IMG/VR virus record: IMGVR_UViG_3300010965_000427
Location: 1 to 64,000 of that record
Origin: a virus
Reading direction: 5' to 3' (one strand)
DNA: 64,000 nucleotides
Both the position numbers and the translations under genes were made by a program. This document shows positions 30,341 to 40,156 of this stretch, piece after piece. Each line of letters opens with the position of its first letter. Positions within the stretch are counted from its first letter, which is position 1. The notes below the pieces were generated by a model. The model made no database searches. It was given only the letters and a program-made list of their open reading frames with translations, and was not told the DNA's origin.

Positions 30341-30775
30341 ATGCCTGTCATTTTTAATCTCACATTAACCAATTCAACTCATCTTCAAATTAGCCAAGGA
30401 ATAGTAGATCTGCCTGAAGATAAACTTTTAAAACTTGAAGAAATATTAAAAATAGAGTTATCTCTTCTCAATTCGATTGGACAGCATTATTTATGTAACA
30501 AAATAACTAAATTAATTTTCGAAATAATAATTCCCATTCAAATGGAAAATGCCGAACAACTGCTTTTAAACCAAAGCAAATCTAAAAAAACTCTTGCTAA
30601 TAAAGAAGCGTTTGAAGCTGTAAAACGAGTTTTAGAATGCCACGTCTTCGTTAGCGGCCACGAATTCTTTCCTCTTATGTTAGAACTAGAACGCAGGTCA
30701 AAACAACATAACATTATTGTCCATTACCCACAAATATCCGAAGGCCGTTATATTGGATTTTACCCTCCAATGTAA
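30341..30775 (+). CDS. hypothetical protein
   Basis: 144-aa ORF after promoter motif. Confidence 0.6.
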   Translation: MPVIFNLTLTNSTHLQISQGIVDLPEDKLLKLEEILKIELSLLNSIGQHYLCNKITKLIFEIIIPIQMENAEQLLLNQSKSKKTLANKEAFEAVKRVLECHVFVSGHEFFPLMLELERRSKQHNIIVHYPQISEGRYIGFYPPM

Positions 30776-30789
30776 AATTAAACTACCAA

Positions 30790-31033
30790 ATTAATGGCAC
30801 CGAGCGCCAAAAAGCTTCGGGGATTCGACGGGTTTCAAGTGCCTTAACCCCGCCAGTCGCAGTGGTGCACTCTCCATGGTAATTGGTTCGTGAAAATGAG
30901 CCAACTGCCATTTTGCCAAAACGGTCTGCATCGATAGGCAATGCATCGGTGATGCGACCCTGGCGCTACAGGTAATGGAATAGCGCATTACATGGAATAA
31001 TTCGTCGCCAATTCAGGCCATTAAACGAATTAT
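30790..31033 (+). ncRNA. candidate structured non-coding RNA
   Basis: GC-rich intergenic island with at least five helices; G-U pairs favour the + strand; followed by a terminator. Confidence 0.5.
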
Positions 31034-31054
31034 GAAAGTCAAAAAATAAGTTTT

Positions 31055-31101
31055 TAAACTACTAGAAAAGCCATTGGCTTTTCTAGTAGTTTAATTTTTT
31101 T
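31055..31101 (+). terminator. intrinsic terminator
   Basis: TAAACTACTAGAAAAGCC...GGCTTTTCTAGTAGTTTA + T-run. Confidence 0.8.
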
Positions 31102-31104
31102 ATT

Positions 31105-31178
31105 AAAATATAACTACATATATTTAATATGACACAACCTTACTATGGTAGTAAGAATGTCTTAATTTCACCGGAGAT
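31105..31178 (+). promoter_or_regulatory. promoter motif + leader hairpin copy 4 + SD
   Basis: CTACATATATTTAATAT-GACACAACCTTACTATGGTAGTAAGAATGTCT-...CCGGAG. Confidence 0.75.
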
Positions 31179-31182
31179 CGGC

Positions 31183-32955
31183 ATGACAGAACTATTTGTA
31201 GGGCATTTAAAATTAACTTTTAACGGCACCAATGTGGCATTTTTCGCAGCAGGAGACTATAGAGTAAAATGGGGCGATGGAGCAACAAATGATTTTAAAG
31301 CAAATGAAATTGCTTCTCACACATATTCCAAAAGCCAAATTGCTATTATAGAAATTTCTCCCCTGCCAGGATCAAATTTAACTATTTTAAATTTTAAAGC
31401 CATGTCTGCCTGCAATGTTTGCTTTGTCAAAATTAATGCACAGTGCGAACATTTGGAACTATTAGATTTTGATGCTAGCAAACTAACTACAGTATCTCTT
31501 GGAAAAAATAAAATCAAAAATTTTAGCTGGATGTTTAGTAATTGCTCTGAAGATGTTAACTTCGAAAAACTGTATACCTTAGAAGGACGAGATTTTAGCT
31601 GGATGTTTAATAACTGTTGTAAAATTACCAGTTTCCCATTGCTGGATACTTCCAAAGGAACAAACTTTAATGGAATGTTTCAAAATTGCTCTATAGCTAC
31701 TAGCTTTCCAGATTTGGATACTTCGGCTGGAACAGATTTTAGCTGGATGTTTTTTAATTGTTCTGGAGCAATTAGCTTTCCAAAACTAAATACCTCAGCA
31801 GGAGAAAAGTTTTTAGGGATGTTCAATGGCTGTTATAATGCCACCAACTTCCAAAATATGAATACTTCGGCCGGAATTAACTTTGGTTGGATGTTTGGCG
31901 ATTGTTCCGGAGCTACTAGCTTTCCGGAACTAAATACGTCAAAAGGAGTAAATTTTTGCGGAATGTTTAGCCGTTGCTCTAAAGCCACCAATTTCCCAAA
32001 TCTCGATACCTCGGCTGGAACCGATTTTGGGTACATGTTTACTGGTTGTTCTAAAGCCGTTAGTTTTCCTAAATTGGATACTTCAGAAGGAACAAATTTC
32101 TATAAAATGTTTGCTGGTTGTTTTTTAGCTATTAGCTTCCCAGAACTAAATACATCAAAAGGAAAAAATTTTAGTTTGATGTTTGGCGATTGTTATGAGG
32201 CTACCAGCTTTCCCTATCTTGACACTTCGTTTGGAGAAAACTTTTCAGGGATGTTTTATAAATGTTCTAAGGCCACAGTTTTTCCATGGCTAGATACACT
32301 ATATGGAAAAAATTTTAGCGAAATGTATTTCGGCTGTTACAGAGCAATTAGCTTTCCGGATATAGAAACTCCATTTGGTACAAATTTTAAAAGAATGTTT
32401 CACAAATGTTCTGGCGCGCCCAGCTTTCCAAAAATAGACACCTCAGAAGGAGAAAATTTTAAAGAAATGTTTACTGGTTGTTTTTTAGCTATTAGCTTCC
32501 CAGAACTAAATACGTCAAAAGGGAAAAACTTTTACGGGATGTTTAATGGCTGCTCTAAAGCCACCAGTTTCCCAAAACTAAATACCTCAGCTGGGACTAA
32601 TTTTGCTAGAATGTTCCACGGCTGCTCTCAAGCAACCGGCTTTCCAAAAATAGACACCTCAGAAGGAGAAAATTTTAAAGGAATGTTTAACGGTTGTTAT
32701 GGCGCTATTAGCTTCCCAGAACTAGATACTTCAAAAGGAAAAGACTTTAGCTGGATGTTTAATGGTTGTTTTAGGGTTACCAGTTTCCCAAAATTAAATA
32801 CCCCAGAGGGCATTAATTTTTATCAGATGTTTGGCGGTTGTTCGGGGGCCAACAGCTTCCCAGAACTAAATACGTCATCCGGAAAAAGACTTAATAAAAT
32901 GTTTCCTGGATGCAAAAAAATGCAAAAAGATGAAAACAAACATTTAAAAAAATAA
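31183..32955 (+). CDS. PKD-like domain + ~20 x 24-aa DUF285/BspA-type repeats
   Basis: YRVKWGDG; 20 FxxMFxxC-type units; start reassigned to MTELF after GGAG. Confidence 0.85.
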   Translation: MTELFVGHLKLTFNGTNVAFFAAGDYRVKWGDGATNDFKANEIASHTYSKSQIAIIEISPLPGSNLTILNFKAMSACNVCFVKINAQCEHLELLDFDASKLTTVSLGKNKIKNFSWMFSNCSEDVNFEKLYTLEGRDFSWMFNNCCKITSFPLLDTSKGTNFNGMFQNCSIATSFPDLDTSAGTDFSWMFFNCSGAISFPKLNTSAGEKFLGMFNGCYNATNFQNMNTSAGINFGWMFGDCSGATSFPELNTSKGVNFCGMFSRCSKATNFPNLDTSAGTDFGYMFTGCSKAVSFPKLDTSEGTNFYKMFAGCFLAISFPELNTSKGKNFSLMFGDCYEATSFPYLDTSFGENFSGMFYKCSKATVFPWLDTLYGKNFSEMYFGCYRAISFPDIETPFGTNFKRMFHKCSGAPSFPKIDTSEGENFKEMFTGCFLAISFPELNTSKGKNFYGMFNGCSKATSFPKLNTSAGTNFARMFHGCSQATGFPKIDTSEGENFKGMFNGCYGAISFPELDTSKGKDFSWMFNGCFRVTSFPKLNTPEGINFYQMFGGCSGANSFPELNTSSGKRLNKMFPGCKKMQKDENKHLKK

Positions 32956-33019
32956 CCAACGCAAAAAATAAAAAATAAACTGCTAAAGTTGCTATAACTG
33001 AAGTGGTTTATTTTTTATT

Positions 33020-33050
33020 AAAAAATAATCTCATATACTTAATTTGATTC
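33020..33050 (+). promoter_or_regulatory. phage promoter motif
   Basis: AAAAATAATCTCATATACTTAATTTG. Confidence 0.55.
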
Positions 33051-33098
33051 TATCTCATCGTGTCGGCGGGGTCACTAACGAGCTAACTGGAATTTAAC

Positions 33099-34208
33099 AT
33101 GACAGAATTATTCGTAGGCATTTGTTCCCCGACAACCGCCATTAACACATTAACATTTATAGCAGACGGAGATTGCTTTGTCAAATGGGGAGATGGAACA
33201 ACTGAATATATTAATAAATGGGATTTAGCAGCTCATACCTACTCTGATCTAGTCCATAAAGTAGTAGAAATTTCCCCTCGGCCAGGATCTTCAATAACCA
33301 GTTTAGATTTTAAAACTAATCAAAGAAACAATATTTGTTTTTTCGCAATAAGCGTAAATTGTAAAAATTTAAAAGTGTTAAAATTTATTCCGTATGAATT
33401 AGTTACCGTGTCTATATTAGAAAATAAAATTAGTGATTTCTCTAGAATGTTTAGTGACTGTAAATACAGTATAAATATCTTAGAATTAAACACATCGCAT
33501 GGAACAGATTTTAAAAGAATGTTTAATGGATGCCGTGCGCATATTTCGATTCCAAAAATGAACACTTCAAAAGGAGTTGATTTTTCGCACATGTTTGGAA
33601 ATTGTAGAAAATTCACTAGCTTTCCGGAACTAGATACGTCATCTGGGATAAACTTTACAGGAATGTTTTATAATTGCAATGAAGCCGTTTGTTTTCCTAA
33701 TTTAAATACCTCAAAAGGCTTGGATTTTTCATGGATGTTTTATGGGTGCCGTAAAGTTTCTAGTTTTCCTCCTATGAACACTTCTTCTGGAGACGATTTC
33801 TCGGGGATGTTTTACGATTGTTCTGGAGCAGTTAGCTTTCCAGATTTGGATACTTCGTTAGGAAAAGATTTTTCATCAATGTTTTATAATTGCTACGGTG
33901 CTTCTAAATTTCCTAAATTAAATACTTTATTGGGAGAATTATTTTTCACAATGTTTAAAAACTGCTATAATGCTACTGAATTTCCAGCACTTAACACATC
34001 AAAAGGTTTAGATTTTTCAGGAATGTTTTGTAACTGTTATGCCGCTTGCGTTTTTCCTGAAATGGACACTTCAAAAGGTTTAGACTTTTCTGAAATGTTT
34101 TGCGGTTGTAATAAAGCAGTTACATTTCCTAAATTAATAATTTCAGATGAAGCTCACACTTCTGGAATGTTTGAAGGATGTAATAAAACTAGCTCCAATA
34201 AAATATAG
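33099..34208 (+). CDS. PKD-like domain + ~11 x 24-aa DUF285/BspA-type repeats
   Basis: MTELFVG...CFVKWGDG; repeat units as above. Confidence 0.85.
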   Translation: MTELFVGICSPTTAINTLTFIADGDCFVKWGDGTTEYINKWDLAAHTYSDLVHKVVEISPRPGSSITSLDFKTNQRNNICFFAISVNCKNLKVLKFIPYELVTVSILENKISDFSRMFSDCKYSINILELNTSHGTDFKRMFNGCRAHISIPKMNTSKGVDFSHMFGNCRKFTSFPELDTSSGINFTGMFYNCNEAVCFPNLNTSKGLDFSWMFYGCRKVSSFPPMNTSSGDDFSGMFYDCSGAVSFPDLDTSLGKDFSSMFYNCYGASKFPKLNTLLGELFFTMFKNCYNATEFPALNTSKGLDFSGMFCNCYAACVFPEMDTSKGLDFSEMFCGCNKAVTFPKLIISDEAHTSGMFEGCNKTSSNKI

Positions 34209-34279
34209 TTCTATTAAAACCCACATAACTCACTTCTCTATAAACCAAAATTCAACAACAAAACTTTCCGGGGAATAAA

Positions 34280-35005
34280 ATGAAAACGACACTAAACCAA
34301 AGCCAATTAAATGCATTAATTGAAAAAGCTTCACAAATGCATGAGCCAATATATTTTGTTGACATTATAATGGACGGCCTGTCTTTTGAAGCATTTAGAA
34401 AATTTAATGAATTTTTTGAACACGCTAATTCTATCGTAAATAAATATCAAAATCCAATATTAATTTCGATAATATTTATCAACTGCGAAATTAAAAATAT
34501 GGATTTGTCAAATTTATATTTTAATTCGTTGTCTGTTAATAATGTTTTATTCAAAAATGTTAATTTTTCAGACTCCGTAATATCATTGGGATCTTTTACA
34601 AACGCCACTTTCGATGGATGTAAATTTTGCAAAACATTTTTTTACATGACAAGCATTAGGCATTCAGTAATAGCCGATAGTTTATTAGAACATTTAAAAA
34701 CAGAAATGTTTAAGATAATATATTCAGCCATACACCACACAACATTAAACCACATTGTAACAATGCATGTTGATTTTTCTTGCACTATTTTGACGATGTG
34801 TTCCTTTAGCCAAAGCATATTCCAATATTCGTATTTAACAAATGCGTGTTTTCAAAACTGCTCTTTAGGTAAAGATTCTTTTTTAGATAGCGATTTAAAT
34901 GCAGCTTCTTTTTATAAAACAACCTACGAGGGTGTTAATAAAGAATCGACGGACGATCCAAATGCTCTTATACAGGACACAACCAGTATAGGCTATCAAG
35001 GTTAG
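34280..35005 (+). CDS. pentapeptide-repeat protein
   Basis: Periodic xxFxx units (NVLFKNVNFSDSVIS, NATFDGCKFCK, NACFQNCSL, DSDLNAASFYK). Confidence 0.7.
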   Translation: MKTTLNQSQLNALIEKASQMHEPIYFVDIIMDGLSFEAFRKFNEFFEHANSIVNKYQNPILISIIFINCEIKNMDLSNLYFNSLSVNNVLFKNVNFSDSVISLGSFTNATFDGCKFCKTFFYMTSIRHSVIADSLLEHLKTEMFKIIYSAIHHTTLNHIVTMHVDFSCTILTMCSFSQSIFQYSYLTNACFQNCSLGKDSFLDSDLNAASFYKTTYEGVNKESTDDPNALIQDTTSIGYQG

Positions 35006-35173
35006 TTGAGCCGTTTATTTGCTAATTGATGGAGCCATTAAAAGGCTCCATTAAAACTTTCTTTTTTTTTAAGAACAAAGCGTTATAACATAAATCATTT
35101 GGATAAGTGATTTTAAAAAATGCATTAATGCTTACTTTATTTTTATTTTTTTTAGAAAACCGAGGAATAAGTA

Positions 35174-36340
35174 ATGCCATTGCTTCTTACGCGTTATCCA
35201 TTAGACCCAACAGGATTAAGCAATAATAATAGAGTTAATAATGAGATACACACCACAACTAATCGCCAAATTAGAGCTATTGCCCCAACATATGGAGCAT
35301 TTTTTACAACTTCGGTAAGCGTTGTAGATGCTACCACAAATGCAACTCTTACAAAAAATACAGACTATATTACAACAGAGCTTTTACAGGAAGCTACGTT
35401 GCGCTATGGAAAGGAACTCTGTTTATTAATATTAATAATTAATCCATCAGTTAGCCAAAATATCAGGATTAGTTACAATGTATTAGGCGGGGCATATCAA
35501 AATTTATCGCAAGAAATTCAACTTCTATATGAAAATATTTTAAATGATGGAAGACCAGTCAATTGGAACGATATTCAAAATAAACCATATGAATTCCCTC
35601 CTTCCTTGCATAATCATTTGCTAGCTGACGTAGTTGGCTTTGAGCCTTTAGTAACTGCGTTAGAAAGAATTAGAAATGCCATTATCCTCAGTGACGTTCC
35701 AGCTTTTGAAGCCATTATTGATTGGACATCCAGTCAGTTAGATTTTTTCAGACAGCATATTATAAATTATACTAACCCACATCGGGTTAATCTTGGCCAA
35801 CTTGGGCACACCGTTGCGACAATGGAGGAATTGGTCGCTGGGGTGTCAACAACAGCATTTATAACCCCAAGTATTTTAGTTCCTTATTTAATGTCGATTT
35901 TATCAAGAGGGCTTTACCAACTTACAAGCCCAGTTTCTGTTGTAGAAGGAGCTTCGGCAGTTTTTGTTATTAATACAACAAATGTTTTGAACGGGGCAAT
36001 AGTATATTGGTCTGTTGTAGATGTTCAAACTAGCCCTTTAGATTTTGTAGCCACAAGCGGTTTTGTAGCAATACAAAGTTCTACTGCTACTTTTTCAGTA
36101 TCGGTTAGGTCTGATACAATTTTAGAAACAGATGAAATATTTAGAATACAGCTTCGTAAAGAAGATGCTGCTGGTGAAATACTGGCATTATCCACTCCTG
36201 TGGTTGTAATAAACTATACTCCTCCAATATTTATTTCTTACGATTGGTTTACTTTACTTTTATTGGATACTTCTTTAATAAGTTCAGCAATTACAGTCGA
36301 GCCGGATGTATATTTCTTTGCTGGATCATTGGAACTTTAA
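35174..36340 (+). CDS. tail/tail-fibre-associated structural protein (phiKZ-type N-domain + Calx-beta/Ig-like domain)
   Basis: YPLDPTG..NRVNNEIH and WNDIQNKP.EFPPS.H.H motifs; C-terminal VVEG...DF...SG...D.I.E.DE.F Calx-beta pattern. Confidence 0.7.
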   Translation: MPLLLTRYPLDPTGLSNNNRVNNEIHTTTNRQIRAIAPTYGAFFTTSVSVVDATTNATLTKNTDYITTELLQEATLRYGKELCLLILIINPSVSQNIRISYNVLGGAYQNLSQEIQLLYENILNDGRPVNWNDIQNKPYEFPPSLHNHLLADVVGFEPLVTALERIRNAIILSDVPAFEAIIDWTSSQLDFFRQHIINYTNPHRVNLGQLGHTVATMEELVAGVSTTAFITPSILVPYLMSILSRGLYQLTSPVSVVEGASAVFVINTTNVLNGAIVYWSVVDVQTSPLDFVATSGFVAIQSSTATFSVSVRSDTILETDEIFRIQLRKEDAAGEILALSTPVVVINYTPPIFISYDWFTLLLLDTSLISSAITVEPDVYFFAGSLEL

Positions 36341-36393
36341 TCTTTATTTGTAAGTAACTTTTTTACTTTTTCAAATCTGCTGAGAGCTTTAAG

Positions 36394-38346
36394 ATGCCAA
36401 GAACTTTACACTCCCCAGAATACAATGTAGTGTCTCGAAGCGTGGTGGATATCGCCAGAGGAGGGACAAATGCAGAAACAAGCGACGCGGCAAAACACTC
36501 CCTTCGAGTTTTAGGAAGGCGGTCTCGCGATATTCCGTTTGGGTACGGGTCTCTTAATAGTTTAATACAATTAAAAGAAGAACAAATTCCGGCCAATTTA
36601 AATCAATTTATAAACATAAAAGGACCTTTAACGTCGGCGGCTGGAGCCCAAACAACTCACACTATAACAAATTTTGATATTGGAACGCTATATTTATTTT
36701 CAACAATATCTGGAACTATTACACATACGGAAGAAGTAATTACCTATACAGCCCCCTCCCTTCCAGGGGTAGCCGGCTTTTATATTAATGAAAAACCCTT
36801 TTACGTAACCGTAACTGGGGACGGAGTTGTGCAGCCGGCGATTACGTCGCCTTATGATAAAGCTACAAAACAATACAAATCGGTAGTTATTACAAGCAGT
36901 GCTTTTGTTTGCAACAGCACAATAACAGATTCGCATTTGTCATCGACATGGCAGCTTTCTGACACTCCAACATTCGATGTAATTAGGCAAAATAGCACTA
37001 GAAGTACCACAAATAAAACAACATGGACTGTTGTCAATTTAACAGAAAATACGACTTACTATGTTCGAGTTCTGCATACTGGAAATATAAACGGGGACAG
37101 CTTATGGAGCGGGGTGCGTTCTTTTACTACAAAATCAGGCTATTACCCACAAGTAGAAACATTTGAAATCGCTTCCGAAGCACTTCAAGCGAATGACCAA
37201 TTTGGGACATCGGTGGCTTTAAATGGGGTAGGAACATTATTTGCTGGCAGTGCTCCCACGGCAAACGATAGTTTTGGAATACCTTGCGGCGTTGTTTATA
37301 CATATTGGTTAAGTCACGGCACAACATGGGTTGGCTCAGACAGCTTAAAGCCATCTTCCCCAGCTATTGATCAACTATTTGGTTTTAGTATATCAATAAG
37401 TAATGATGGAAATACACTTGTAATTGGATCGCCAGGCCATAATGCAAATACTGGCGCTGTGTATATATTTACTCGTGCAAATAATGTTTGGACTCAATCG
37501 GTCATCTTATTAGCAAACGATTCTTCCCCTGGGGATATGTTTGGATATTCAGTGGAAATTTGTGGAAACGGAGCTACCATCGCAGTTGGTTCTATAAACG
37601 ATAGCAATCTTAATGGGACAAATTCAGGAGCGGTTTATATATTTTCATTTTCAGGCACAGCTTGGACTCAGCAAGCAAAGATATTAGCTATTTCAGCGGG
37701 AGACGGCTGGGCGTTTGGTACAAATGTAGCGCTAAGTTATGACGGAAATACTCTTGCCGCAAGCTATCCAAAGAAAACAATCAATGCCGTTGTTAATCGC
37801 GGGGCAGTGTCTATATATACACGTTATCAAGCAACGTGGACAGCAAATAGAGACGTTATTGATTCTGGTGGGGTAGCAAATGATTATTTTGGTAGCTCAT
37901 TAGCAATAAGCAGCACTGGAAATATTTTATTTGTTGGTAGCGGGTTGGCAGACACAACTCACGGAATAAATTCAGGCGTAGTTAGAGTCTATACCTTAAA
38001 TGGAGCCGATTGGGTATTTCAGGCCCAGTTACTTGGTGCAGATACAAGAACTGGGGATAATTTTGGAACATCAATTTCGTGTAATAACGACGGCTCTATT
38101 GTAATGATTGGAGCGCCATCAGCTGCAAATGTTTCTAGAAGAAATGCTGGGGCTAGCTATATTTTTACACAAGATGGAAATGTTTGGTCAGAAAGACCAA
38201 AGCTATTAGCCAATGATTCGACCGCCTATTCTTTCTTTGGCAATGCATTAAAATTATCGGCTGACGGAAATATGGCCGTCATATGTTCCTTTAGGCACCC
38301 ATTTAGCTATATTGATAATGCTGGAGCAGCATACATATTTAATTAA
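36394..38346 (+). CDS. putative receptor-binding/tail-fibre protein with FN3 and FG-GAP beta-propeller
   Basis: IARGGTNA fibre motif; NLTENTTYYVRV...SLWS FN3; seven FGxSVAxxxDG..GAVYIF blades. Confidence 0.75.
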   Translation: MPRTLHSPEYNVVSRSVVDIARGGTNAETSDAAKHSLRVLGRRSRDIPFGYGSLNSLIQLKEEQIPANLNQFINIKGPLTSAAGAQTTHTITNFDIGTLYLFSTISGTITHTEEVITYTAPSLPGVAGFYINEKPFYVTVTGDGVVQPAITSPYDKATKQYKSVVITSSAFVCNSTITDSHLSSTWQLSDTPTFDVIRQNSTRSTTNKTTWTVVNLTENTTYYVRVLHTGNINGDSLWSGVRSFTTKSGYYPQVETFEIASEALQANDQFGTSVALNGVGTLFAGSAPTANDSFGIPCGVVYTYWLSHGTTWVGSDSLKPSSPAIDQLFGFSISISNDGNTLVIGSPGHNANTGAVYIFTRANNVWTQSVILLANDSSPGDMFGYSVEICGNGATIAVGSINDSNLNGTNSGAVYIFSFSGTAWTQQAKILAISAGDGWAFGTNVALSYDGNTLAASYPKKTINAVVNRGAVSIYTRYQATWTANRDVIDSGGVANDYFGSSLAISSTGNILFVGSGLADTTHGINSGVVRVYTLNGADWVFQAQLLGADTRTGDNFGTSISCNNDGSIVMIGAPSAANVSRRNAGASYIFTQDGNVWSERPKLLANDSTAYSFFGNALKLSADGNMAVICSFRHPFSYIDNAGAAYIFN

Positions 38347-38375
38347 ATAACAAAAACTTCTCAGGATTAAAAGAC

Positions 38376-38729
38376 ATGGTTTTAAAAATCAGAAACGTTA
38401 GGCCCCGCAATCTTTACTACATCTTAAGTTGGGTTGTGATAATAGGTCTATTGCTGCTGTCGGACCCAGATTCTGGCATTATACAAAATCTTCCAATTGG
38501 CGCGTCGACAATTGCCATCCTTATGTCGGTGCTAGTGGCAACACTGGTTGTTTCAATATTAAGCGCATCGAGACATATGCTGCTTGATTATGACATAGCA
38601 GAATTTTCAAGTCTATTAAAAAAAGCATGTGAAACCCCCCAAGGGGCTGGCTTAGCTTCAGTTGCTGTCGCTATCATGACGCTATCGATTGCCATTGCCC
38701 TTGTTGGAGGGCTATTCATTCTTAAATAA
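38376..38729 (+). CDS. putative holin (3 TM)
   Basis: Three hydrophobic segments; directly upstream of a transglycosylase. Confidence 0.55.
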   Translation: MVLKIRNVRPRNLYYILSWVVIIGLLLLSDPDSGIIQNLPIGASTIAILMSVLVATLVVSILSASRHMLLDYDIAEFSSLLKKACETPQGAGLASVAVAIMTLSIAIALVGGLFILK

Positions 38730-38752
38730 AAAAACCCAGAGAGGAAAAAACT

Positions 38753-39514
38753 ATGAACAAAAATACCGTATTCCTTTTAATTAGCTTATTTATTTTTCCG
38801 TCTATATCGATATCCAAACCAATCGATCCTAAAGTTTATATTCCTAAAAATGCATCTCAATACATGCCTTTGGTTATTAATGAAACTTCAATTCATTTTA
38901 AAGAATTACCAATACCTTGGTATATTCCGTCATTAATAGAGCACGAAAGTTGTGTCAGCTTAACTCATTCAAAATGCTGGAATCCAAAATCCAGATTAAG
39001 AACCGCCAGAGAAGAAGGAGGCGGGCTTGGTCAATTAACCAGAGCATTTAATAAAAATGGATCAATTAGATTCGATTCATTAAGTGATATGCGTCGTAAA
39101 CATATAACCGAATTAAAGGAACTTACTTGGAGAATACTTTATTCAAGACCGGATTTACAAGTTCGGGCAATATTGTTAATGTCTAGAGACAACTATAGAC
39201 AACTGTATGCGGTGGTAGATTCTAGAGAGCGCTTAGCGATGGCCGATGCTGCTTATAATGGCGGTCTCGGCGGCTTAAATAAAGAAAGACGAGCATGCAA
39301 ATTGAGGGCCAATTGTAATCAAAATAAATGGTTTGGAAATGTAGAAAAAGTTTGTTTAAAAAGCAAAAGAATTTTATACGGTAATAGAAATGCATGCGAT
39401 ATCAATAGAAATCATGTTAGAGAAGTATTAAATTTGAGACTTATAAAATACAAAGCGTTTTATGTAAAAAAACCAATTATAAAAAAACCTACTAAAATTA
39501 TTGGACGAAAGTAA
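38753..39514 (+). CDS. lytic transglycosylase (SLT-like) endolysin with N-terminal signal/anchor
   Basis: IEHES catalytic Glu, GGGLGQL, AAYNGG motifs; hydrophobic N-terminus. Confidence 0.8.
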   Translation: MNKNTVFLLISLFIFPSISISKPIDPKVYIPKNASQYMPLVINETSIHFKELPIPWYIPSLIEHESCVSLTHSKCWNPKSRLRTAREEGGGLGQLTRAFNKNGSIRFDSLSDMRRKHITELKELTWRILYSRPDLQVRAILLMSRDNYRQLYAVVDSRERLAMADAAYNGGLGGLNKERRACKLRANCNQNKWFGNVEKVCLKSKRILYGNRNACDINRNHVREVLNLRLIKYKAFYVKKPIIKKPTKIIGRK

Positions 39515-39522
39515 TATTTGAA

Positions 39523-39575
39523 TTTAGCTAGATAGAGCCATACGGCTCTATCTAGCTAAATAACCTATTTTTTTA
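39523..39575 (+). terminator. intrinsic terminator
   Basis: TTTAGCTAGATAGAGCC...GGCTCTATCTAGCTAAA. Confidence 0.75.
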
Positions 39576-39577
39576 CA

Positions 39578-39627
39578 ATTATATATAATAAATAAGACAT
39601 AACCTTACTACAATAGTAAGAGTGTCT
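39578..39627 (+). promoter_or_regulatory. promoter motif + leader hairpin copy 5
   Basis: TATATAATAAATA-AGACATAACCTTACTACAATAGTAAGAGTGTCT. Confidence 0.75.
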
Positions 39628-39655
39628 GTAATCAAAAAACTAAAGGCGGATAATC

Positions 39656-39997
39656 ATGCAGCCAAAAATCACCCAACCATTTCTTAATTTCCAACCGGCA
39701 TTTTTGTCGTACGACGAAAGAAGGAATATGTTTAAAGTATATATGGATGTAGAAGAAAAAGCTCGTTTTGAATGGCCTCATTTCATAATGACCTCGTCAA
39801 AATGGAGACCGGAAGAGGAAGAAACTACTGGGGCTTGGATGGCAAAATACGAATTGAGAGATAAAAACGATATGAAAATACAAAAATCCGAAATTGAAAA
39901 ATGGCTGCCAGGCAAGGATGTTTTAGTCTTTCAGCCAGTCTTAGCCATTTTTTCAAGTGATAAACCAGATGTTATCTTTAGCTTAGCCCCTCCATAA
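39656..39997 (+). CDS. hypothetical protein
   Basis: 113-aa single-gene cassette. Confidence 0.7.
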   Translation: MQPKITQPFLNFQPAFLSYDERRNMFKVYMDVEEKARFEWPHFIMTSSKWRPEEEETTGAWMAKYELRDKNDMKIQKSEIEKWLPGKDVLVFQPVLAIFSSDKPDVIFSLAPP

Positions 39998-40017
39998 GTT
40001 ATGTTCGATTAGATTGA

Positions 40018-40076
40018 TTTAAACACTGTGCGACTAAAGTGAAAACTTTAGTCGCACAGTGTTTAAATTTTTTTTA
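40018..40076 (+). terminator. intrinsic terminator
   Basis: TTTAAACACTGTGCGACTAAAGT...ACTTTAGTCGCACAGTGTTTAAA + T-run. Confidence 0.8.
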
Positions 40077-40081
40077 TTAAA

Positions 40082-40150
40082 ATATAGGCACATATATTTA
40101 ATATGACACAACTTTACTATGGTAGTAAGAATGTCTTAACCTGTTTGGAA
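40082..40150 (+). promoter_or_regulatory. promoter motif + leader hairpin copy 6
   Basis: GGCACATATATTTAATAT-GACACAACTTTACTATGGTAGTAAGAATGTCT. Confidence 0.75.
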
Positions 40151-40156
40151 TGTATT

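Noticed and set aside
30791-30988. 65-aa minus-strand ORF
   Set aside because: Opposes local transcription, no recognisable motif or SD; better explained by high GC of a structured region
30820-31033. tmRNA or retron msr-msd
   Set aside because: Only a short GGATTCGACGGG match; no acceptor stem/CCA or tag ORF; no adjacent RT
31129-31182. N-terminal extensions MTQPYYGSKNVL (31129) and MTQLYYGSKNVL (40103)
   Set aside because: The ATG is the promoter TATG and the codons are the leader hairpin; paralogs start at M(T/S)ELF after an SD
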